Below, one piece after another: positions 56,028 through 64,000 of a stretch of DNA of 64,000 bases. The notes under the pieces were generated by a model, which made no database searches, was not told where the DNA came from, and saw only the letters and a list, made by a program, of their open reading frames with translations. Each line of letters opens with the position of its first letter. Position 1 is the stretch's first letter. The position numbers and the translations under genes are program-made. Origin of the DNA: Eukaryota sp. TZLM1-RC (lineage: Eukaryota; Protista; Metamonada: BaSk clade); assembly GCA_040285825.1 (NCBI GenBank), contig JAUPSS010000013.1, positions 248,001-312,000 on the forward strand, in the 5' to 3' direction.

Positions 56028-56945
56028 AGATTTTGTTGATCTGTTTAGTTTATTTACCATTTGAAATTTGATATAAGCCAATAAGGCAACCTGAAATAAA
56101 ATAAAATAACCTAGAAGACGGTTATAACAAAAGAAAATTTAATAGACAATGGTACAATGTTAATGTTGTTGATTGGAATTGAAGTCCAAATTGATTGTAC
56201 CTTTTTTATTTTTTTAATTCAATACCTTCAATGATACATATGAATAATCACCTAGACCCAATAGGTCCAAATTCCATGGCGTTGAAAGCTCCATTGATCC
56301 TTCAAATTCAAATTCGAGGTGGGGCTTCAGATGTCAGAATTTTGGTAGTCGTCCCACAAAAATTTGCTTTGGTAGCAACAATTCCCTGAAAATACAATAA
56401 ATAAATAAATTTCCGAAAAGTCATTTTGGACATGTTTTGTCCAAGATTAAATATTTAATATTCAGTTCATCAATTGCCTAAAGTACAACTACCATCAGTG
56501 ATAACTGTTGTTCTTAAATTATTTGAAATATAAGAATCGCTGGAGTTACTAATAATATATACTATGTCACATTATCTTAATTAAGCACATGACGATACTA
56601 GATGCAGGAGGTAAGAGCCAAAATGTCTTTGAAGTCCTGAAATGGTGGACATGCCTTTTCACAGAAGGTTTGAACCAAAGTGGGAGCAACATCATAGTTT
56701 ATTAAAGTAATTGCTACTACCTCCAATTCTTATTTTCCAAATGTTAAGCCCAGAATTAGAATAATTAAGAGCTGGCATTGGATGGATGTACAATATAAAG
56801 ATGTTCATTTAGCCTGTTTCATAACTCAAAAGGTGGAGTCTAAGAGTTCCAGACAGATTTCTGCCTCTAACAACAAATTTCGTGGTTTTCTGTTGGTGGA
56901 TTACTATTCCTTTACGTTTATAGGTAGTGTACATATCTACATTAA

Positions 56946-58718
56946 ATGGATCCGTGTCAGACGTTTACAGACTTATTAGCCAAAGGTCAACACTTGTTTG
57001 CCTCCTTGAGTGAAATGCCTCAATTCAGTGGTGATGCATTCATTAACCGCTGTAGTGCATGTCTTGAGACTTACTACACTTTGTGGAAACTCCAACAATC
57101 CGAACGTCAGGCTCTTGACAACAACAACCTTCTCCCTCGTTCTGTTATTGGAGATATTGCCTCCCGATTGGCACAGCTATTCTATCACAGATACGTCCGT
57201 ACGACGGACCCACGACATCTTCTACACGCATACACCTTTTTTGCAGCCATTCATTCACAAAAATACTACTCAAACATACCCAAAGACCCAACTACCATTA
57301 CCCGAGTTTTTCGCTACTACACACGCTTTATAGCCGTTTGCCTGCTCCGCTGTACAGAGAAACAAATCGTAATGGACCTAACCGCAACCCTCACCTCTCT
57401 CATTTCTACATACTCTAGTGTTCTCTCTCCTTGCACCCTCGTTGAATGGAACTCCTTGCTCCACGAAATCAACCACTTTATTGATTCACTTTTTCCGCCT
57501 AATCTTGACTCATCTGCGCGCCTTTTTGACAATCGTATCACTTCACACTGGGTTACAAATTCTCTCCCATACTCTACAATAGCTTCCCGTCGCCCTTCGC
57601 TCTCATACTGTCTATCACCACTCTCCAACAACTACATCACTGACTCCCCCCAACAACCCACTCCTGTTATGACGCACTCCTTCCCAAAGCTCAGTGAGCA
57701 AAGCAAGAGGCATGGAAGAGGGTTGAAGATGGGGGAGGTGGTAGTGGTAGGGAACAAGAGCCAGGCTAGGTTTAGTGAGCTGACAGTCGATATGCTACGT
57801 GTCATGACGTGTGTCGAGAGGAGTGATTATGGAATGACAATTGATGACCACGTGATTGATTTTGATAGTTTCCGGTCAACAATGTCGACACCCAGGCATT
57901 TATTGTATAAGCCCAGCGTGGGATCTCTGTTGTCTGGAATCTCAAACGTCACTAGTACACTTTCCACATCTAGATATTTGCTTGTGTACCTGTCAGCAGA
58001 TGGGCTTGACGCGGAGAAGGGATCAATCAATCAACCAATGGGGTTAAAAATGACGTGTGAAAATAACCCTAGAGCAGAACGTTTCAATTCGCAGTGTCTG
58101 CCACTTGATGGTCTTTATCCATTTGATTTATTTTCTTTTACAAGAAATCATCTATTCCTCGTCATTGATTCACCAAATGCTTTTCTTTTTCAAACACTTG
58201 AACCTAAATTTGATTCCATGCTGATGTTACTGCTGTCTCCCAAAGTTGTTCATCCATTATTAGAACCTTTAAATGTACAAGATTCGGTTTTTACGTTGTT
58301 CATTACATCCCCTGCATTAGCGTATCTTCGTGTTTTTGATGAAAATGGTGAAGGAATTGATAACAATTGCTTGCATTCCATTGATTGTTGTATTTCTTCA
58401 GCATTGGGGGACGTTTCTAAGAATATGTGTCAGTATTGTGACCCTGATGACGTGTTAGTTTCCTTTTTTGATGATGAAATACTTCGAATTTTGGTATTGA
58501 GGGCGATTTTGTTTAGACAATTAATTGTGAAGCTCAATAAAGGAGTCGTTGCTGATGAATATCTACCAATAATTAAGCCAAGTGTTCCCCAACGAATATT
58601 TGAATTAAATTTGTGGGATGAGCTGTTTGATGAGTTGTCGCTTTTTTTGAATCAAAATCAATTTGATTGTAATCAGTTTGATTGTGAACTTCAATTTGAT
58701 GGAATCGATGATTTGTAG
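56946..58718 (+). CDS. SCAI: Protein SCAI homolog
   Basis: YTLWKLQQSER, IGDIASRLAQLFYHRYVRT, RYYTRFIAVCLL, ARFSELTVDMLR, HLLYKPS, VYLSADG, LYPFDLFSFTR. Confidence 0.9.
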   Translation: MDPCQTFTDLLAKGQHLFASLSEMPQFSGDAFINRCSACLETYYTLWKLQQSERQALDNNNLLPRSVIGDIASRLAQLFYHRYVRTTDPRHLLHAYTFFAAIHSQKYYSNIPKDPTTITRVFRYYTRFIAVCLLRCTEKQIVMDLTATLTSLISTYSSVLSPCTLVEWNSLLHEINHFIDSLFPPNLDSSARLFDNRITSHWVTNSLPYSTIASRRPSLSYCLSPLSNNYITDSPQQPTPVMTHSFPKLSEQSKRHGRGLKMGEVVVVGNKSQARFSELTVDMLRVMTCVERSDYGMTIDDHVIDFDSFRSTMSTPRHLLYKPSVGSLLSGISNVTSTLSTSRYLLVYLSADGLDAEKGSINQPMGLKMTCENNPRAERFNSQCLPLDGLYPFDLFSFTRNHLFLVIDSPNAFLFQTLEPKFDSMLMLLLSPKVVHPLLEPLNVQDSVFTLFITSPALAYLRVFDENGEGIDNNCLHSIDCCISSALGDVSKNMCQYCDPDDVLVSFFDDEILRILVLRAILFRQLIVKLNKGVVADEYLPIIKPSVPQRIFELNLWDELFDELSLFLNQNQFDCNQFDCELQFDGIDDL

Positions 58719-59369
58719 AAGAGTTTTTTTGTAAATATTGAATAAAATTTTGGTCTTTATCTGATTTTTGTGAACAAGTTTTATTAGTTTTTTGAAAAAG
58801 AAGGGTTATTTTTCTTATTAAAAAAGTAAATAATTAAAATATTATTTTCTTTGAACACAAGTCTTGGAGTAATGCTCAAGCAACCGCCGGCTCCAGGATG
58901 GCTTCAATCTAGTTACTCCATCAGACAGAGGTAGATTAGGGTAGATTTCGACTTATCTTGCCCTGAGCTTGTGATGAGAAACTCTGATTCCAAGTCCAAC
59001 TCAAAAAAATTTGGTGACAGACAATACAATCACTAATTCTAATTAATTCAAGAATTAAGACAACAGTACACATCCAATATTCATTCAACATTTCTTAACG
59101 TCTGAAAAATATTCACGGTCTTTTTTGATAGCCTTCTGATAGTCAAGTCATCCAGGAGAAACATGTTCTACCACTTGGACAATTTTTTTCTTTTGTATGA
59201 TAAAGCACCTGTCCATATTGAGACAATTCCTGCTGCTCGACCGAAAGGAGTTCATGGAAACTCCATGTTAACCATAAGCTGAAAAAAAACGAGTTAGACA
59301 TTAATTGGAAAATATCACAGACTTTCGAGAACAGTTGTCGGAAAAGAGGCATAATCAGTATGATCATGC

Positions 59370-59580
59370 TATTCGGCATTCAACGATAGCAATTTTGCTT
59401 TATATTTATCATTTTTAGTGTTTGTGGCAACAACTTAGGGGTCTTTTGATTTTGACTGAGCTAACGGTACAAAAGAATCATTACACACATCAGTTGATTT
59501 CACATCAGTAATGATGGTCGTTCCTTTAAGCCCTTCAAGCATTAAATCACCCCTATCTCGACCAAAAGAATTCAAAGCAT
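59370..59580 (-). mobile_element. CRE-like RLE fragment, family E
   Basis: RDRGDLMLEGLKGTTIITDVKSTDVCNDS...KYKAKLLSLNAE. Confidence 0.75.
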
Positions 59581-59939
59581 AAAAATACCATCAACAATGT
59601 TTTTAAATTTTCTTAACAATATTTCTTTAATAAACACATTGTAAATCAGTATCTAAATAATCCATCTCTTCCAAAACACAACAACTAAATGCAACTCCTT
59701 CATAGTGAGATCCAATGGAAAGCAAAGCATCAAAAACCTTCTTCAACATCCTCGTAATAATGAAAAACACAATTCTATCTTGCCAAAACAATTTGGTGAA
59801 ATTTTTATTGGTCCCTGTTTTCACAATCATTTCAAAATCTGCTACAAAACGTCCAGCGGTATGAGCAAGTGAACCAAACATAAAAAATACAAAAGGATAC
59901 ACATTGAATTTTGCTTGCTGTTGGGTAGACATTTTCAAG

Positions 59940-61374
59940 TGTTGCCTAAAGTCTATTGTAGTAAAGAAAAGTCAATGAGGAAAAGTTGATTTATTTTCTA
60001 ATCAAAACATATAAGCCTGAGGGCGCCAACACTGCTTTTTCCCTTTTTCAAAGTAAATCAGCTTATATGAATATGGAACTAAAACTATAAACAAATAATT
60101 AAATAACTATAATTACTAAGAACTAAATACTGAATTCTACTGTTTTCTATTGTCTACAATTATCTTTGTAGTGATTGGGATTCGCACAAACACTGGTTTT
60201 ACATTTTTAAGATCGACAATTGATGTACCATGACTCTCTTACAAAAATGTTAGTATAGTGTAGTAAGCAATAACTGAAAAGGGCCTCGTTCCGAGAACTG
60301 TGTGTTTGAATACTTTGTTGTGTATGTTTTAATCGCTACATAAAGCGCTCTGCTTCTTCCCTTTTTCGTAAACGAGTAACGTGGTAGTGTCGTTGGGTAA
60401 AGGTATCATGTAATCGAAGAATGGATTCGCTAATGATCATGCAGAGTCTATGTTGGATCAAAACAACAGTAAACGAAGTAACATACTCCAGAAACCTGAA
60501 GGCGGCGTCTTTTGTTGTTAAAGTACTGGCTTTACGACTAAAAATATCAGAGCAGCAATGGCCGTATCTTTGCATTGTAGTACAATAATGGTGGATGTGG
60601 AGTCTCTACTCGTAACCTCGTATGTAGTCGACTTTTTGTGTTTGGATCCATGAAGAAGAGAGCTGCTCGGATGTATACAAGTCCATAGATTTGAGGTGAA
60701 GCTCCGCGTCCTTGTTAGGAGTTTGTAGAATATCACTGGAGTCAGCTTCTCCTTCCATTTCATCTAATTGAGATTGAATTTCTTCATACTCTCCTAGTGG
60801 GGAAGACGTGTCTAAGGTGGGATTTCCATCCGTTCCCTTTGAGACAGGTTCTACATTTGGGAGGGGAGAGGGAGCCGGGTCCGTTCTCGTTGCCTCGTCT
60901 GTTTCTTCTTTCCTTTTGAGGGGAGGGGGAACTAGGTACGTTCTCGTTGCCTCATTTCTTTCTTGTTTCCTTTTGAGGGTAGAGGGAGCCGGATCTTTTC
61001 TTGTTACCTCTTCCATTGCTGAAGATGGAGAGACCTCGCCCACGCTTTCATCTTTCACTTTTAAGGAGGGGGAGGTGGGATCCGGGTCCGTTGCCTCGTT
61101 AGCCTCTTTATTATGTATATGTGTATATGTCGCTGGTTCCTGCTGCATGTTAGGTGAGAAATTAGGGTCAGAGATATCTTGCTGAAAGATGTCTGACATG
61201 CTGTAAAGGTTTCTGGGGATGTTTACTAGTAAAGCGCTGAGGTTATGGTATACCCTTTGACTTTAAAATGGCCAATAATCATTGTTGCCTAAAGTCTATT
61301 GTAGTAAAGAAAAGTCAATGAGGAAAAGTTGATTTATTTTCTATTCATATTATATAAGCCTTAGGGCGCCAACA
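59940..61374 (-). mobile_element. 1435-bp non-autonomous LTR element (TRIM-like) with 92-bp LTRs and 4-bp TSD caag
   Basis: LTRs 59940-60031 and 61283-61374 (tgttg...caaca, 5 mismatches); purine tract gaaaaagggaaaaagcag before the 3' LTR; no pol. Confidence 0.9.
60336..61199 (-). pseudogene. Internal ORF of the short-LTR element, split by one in-frame TAG
   Basis: ORFs 61199-60606 and 60575-60336 share a frame; about four EATRTDPAPSPLK-like repeats. Confidence 0.55.
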
Positions 61375-62581
61375 CAAGGTTCAATGAATTGTCTGATTTT
61401 GAAACTTTCGGCATTTGAAAGGGGATTCAGCATTTCAGAATCAGCTAACCTTTCATTTGAGACATTACAAGGATCAAATGTTGTCATGACTGTCATGCAG
61501 TGTCAGCACAAATGGAGGTAGTTGTCATGCCCAGTTATTCCTTTAACCTTGAACCGTTGTCACTCATAGATGGATATACAACAAGATCACTTTCGAAAAC
61601 CTTCCATGGATAAATTATTACATAATTAATTAATTACATAATTATTACTTATATTATTAGAAATGACACGCTTTCTGCAACCTCTTTTTCTCAAACTCAA
61701 AAGAAATTTGATGAAGTCTGACAACAAATATCGAGTGGAGTATCTTTTTATTTAATTTAATTTGTATTTAATTCTTTTTTTGGGTCTTGTCAAAGAATAA
61801 AGAAATTCACTATTACAAATAAAGATAAATATCATTTGATTTCTATTATTATTTTCTTTTTGCAAACCAAAAAATAATTTTAAGTAACGTCCTGTTATAC
61901 CTTTCCTGAATGGAACAAATTCTGAATTATAACTTCGTTATCAATTTGACAATTCAGTTGTCCGATGTGAATGTTGACAATTTTCATGTACTAAATCTAC
62001 ACATCTCTTAAACGTATAGGGAGGTTCTTTAGGTATAGGGAGGTTTTTCAGATAACTCACTCCATATGTGCATAATTTATTTTGATTTGATTTGTTTTGT
62101 GAAGAGGCCAAGAATGTAAAAAATAATTAAAAATAAAAGGACAAATAGTGTCAATAAAACTAAATACAAATTGTTTTTATTCTTGAAACTTCCTGAAGTA
62201 CAGACAGTTTTTGGTACAGAACACTTACTTAGAAAAGGAAGGGATCATAGATTGTGTTGACTAGTGAGTTGCTAGAAGGTTTGCAGGATGTACTTTGATT
62301 TAATGCTGAAAAAAAGTTTGTTGGTTAAGTGTGAGATTACTCAATAATGGTTACTGTAGTTCTAATTGCAGTATCTTTGAACTCTTGGAAGCAAAGTTTA
62401 TGGATGTGGTGCCGCATCCTGAACAGTTTCGCTAAGGATACTATGATTCCGCAGCACAGTGAATTTGTTGCACACAAGCCAAGTAGCCAAGCAGTTGCTT
62501 GGTTCAACAACCCTCCTTGGTTTATACAAAATACAAAAGGAATGTACTTTATTTACATGAAACTGTACAGAGAAAGGATAA

Positions 62582-62875
62582 TTAAAAGTCAAACTGGTCC
62601 TCCGATTCATTACCCGAGTTCTGGTGTTGATCCTCCACTTCATTTATAGTTGGAACTTCAGATTTTGTTGGAATGTTGAGAATCGGTAACGAATGGGACA
62701 GAGGAGACTCCTTGAATTTCATCATATCATCCTTGGAGTAGGTAATTCGAGTTCCACCAGGGGTCTCCATAATATACGTTGATTGGCCAACAGATAACAT
62801 AGCATCAAGCTCTCTACCGTTATGAGAGACGCGGATGGACTGGGACGCACTAGACTGTTCATTGGGCAACGTCAT
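62582..62875 (-). CDS. eIF4E-binding protein (4E-BP)-like
   Basis: TPGGTRITYSKDDMMKFKESPLS matches 4E-BP TPGGTRIIYDRKFLM..RNSP; terminal EDQFDF resembles a TOS motif. Confidence 0.82.
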   Translation of the reverse strand: MTLPNEQSSASQSIRVSHNGRELDAMLSVGQSTYIMETPGGTRITYSKDDMMKFKESPLSHSLPILNIPTKSEVPTINEVEDQHQNSGNESEDQFDF

Positions 62876-63001
62876 TATTAAAATAAAGGTGATTCAAAAT
62901 ATAGTTTCCCCTTCAAGATTCTATTTTTAATGCAATTCTTCTGAAGTCAAGCGACTGTGAACTGCTATATTGTGCATCTTGCAGTTTAAATGACATTCCT
63001 C

Positions 63002-63254
63002 TCATAGTGTCATAGTGCCATTAGTAATTTCCAAAATACCCTTTATCTTCTTTTTTGGATATACATTTTTGACCTGAAAACTATGTTTGCTTTTATTAGA
63101 GGCTGTTGTGGTTTGTTGTAATCTTATCCTTGAATGTGTATGATGTAAATCATCATTAGATGTGGTGTCTAACGGGATAGTGATGTAAACAGTGCCCTGA
63201 AGATGTGGAGGATTACGCACTTACATATTCATCATAATTGAAGACTAAAGGCAT
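63002..63254 (-). CDS. Possible small spliced gene (intron 63224-63197)
   Basis: A 28-nt gtaagt...ttcag intron joins MPLVFNYDEY to an open frame; branch spacing is off by one; no recognised homology. Confidence 0.3.
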
Positions 63255-63412
63255 TCCAAAGGTCCATAAATGCAGAAAAGAATGTTTAGAATACTACTCT
63301 ATTAATAAGGTTTCTATCCACACTATTATCCATGAATAGAAACAGGAATTTTTGAAGTTAACAATAATAAGTGACAAAAACTTTATACAAGACAATAAAT
63401 GATAGAAAAACA

Positions 63413-64000
63413 CTACTGGGCAGCGAGATCGGCTAAAAGTTCAACATCCCCATCAACAAACTCCTTGGCAACAGAGACACCGAGACGTTGGGTTTCGTGA
63501 TCAGGGTTAATTACACCTGCAGTGAAAGCTTGTTCGAAAGCACCATAGAAAACAATAATCTTGTTGTTGGCAGAGTAAGAGAGGGCAAAGTTGAAGTTGT
63601 CGCTATCTTCAACATCAAGTACGACGGATTCTAGCTTCTTAATGCTCTTGGGGAACATTTCCTCTTTCAATCCTTCAACATGGGCGGCAACAAGGGTAAG
63701 TTCCTCACCAAGAAGATTGTGAAAGTTGAGAGTAACAACAACTCTCCTGCCATTGACTTCCTTTGGGAAAGGAAAATCGAATTGGGGAACAACGGGCACA
63801 ACAGTGCCAGTATACTTGTCAACTCTCATAGCTTCAACATCTTGGATGCCGTAAACCATAGTGGGGTATGTTAATAAAACACCAGCAAAAACAGAGGTGA
63901 AATGATCTACAGACACACCGATGGTTCCATTCAATCTATGGTGCATGTTACCAACCAAATGACCGAAACAAGCTTCTTCACGACAGAGGGGATGATCAGT
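63413..64000 (-). CDS. Hypothetical protein, 5' end outside the window
   Basis: Frame is open from the window edge to TAG at 63413, with codon usage like the expressed genes. Confidence 0.7.
   Translation of the reverse strand, partial: TDHPLCREEACFGHLVGNMHHRLNGTIGVSVDHFTSVFAGVLLTYPTMVYGIQDVEAMRVDKYTGTVVPVVPQFDFPFPKEVNGRRVVVTLNFHNLLGEELTLVAAHVEGLKEEMFPKSIKKLESVVLDVEDSDNFNFALSYSANNKIIVFYGAFEQAFTAGVINPDHETQRLGVSVAKEFVDGDVELLADLAAQ

Larger units (their letters stand above)
59627..61478 (-). mobile_element. Family A CRE-like 3' fragment (59627-59939 plus 61375-61478) interrupted by a short-LTR element
   Basis: DPCNVSNERL...NAESFK on one side of the LTR element continues as KMSTQQQAKFNVYPFVF on the other. 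Confidence 0.82.

Noticed and set aside
60020-60031. tggcgccc as a tRNA-Lys primer-binding site
   Set aside because: It lies inside both LTRs rather than 3' of the 5' LTR, and the match stops at 8 nt.
1-64000. Stop-codon reassignment
   Set aside because: Conserved genes end normally at TAG (RPS3), TAA (PHGDH-like) and TGA (RING-ClpS). Frame breaks are explained by short introns or TE decay.

Overview
AT-rich genome of a unicellular, probably flagellated eukaryote (taxon not determined). It uses the standard genetic code and has tiny 28-33 nt spliceosomal introns with the branch point at a fixed distance from the 3' end. Housekeeping genes (RPS3, PHGDH-like, SF3B6, mucolipin, ADA3, CEP120-like, HIT4-like, HMG-box, Hsp70-like, TTLL12-like, eIF2B-gamma, RPN5, SCAI, 4E-BP, two tRNA-Asp) are interspersed with nested mobile DNA. 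The mobile DNA includes several CRE-like RT/restriction-like-endonuclease (RLE) non-LTR families, a pogo-type transposase relic, a chromodomain Ty3/gypsy relic, a solo LTR and a 1.4-kb short-LTR element. Top candidates: (1) a 209-aa RING/TRAF-SIAH zinc finger/bacterial-type ClpS fusion, a possible minimal N-degron ubiquitin ligase. It is present as an inverted duplicate whose two ClpS-domain differences fall on substrate-pocket positions. (2) A Fanzor1-like pseudogene whose frame continues once a solo LTR is removed, followed by a structured candidate omegaRNA. (3) A predicted GT-AT intron flanking an 11-nt micro-exon. All homology calls are by-eye motif recognition; no searches were run.
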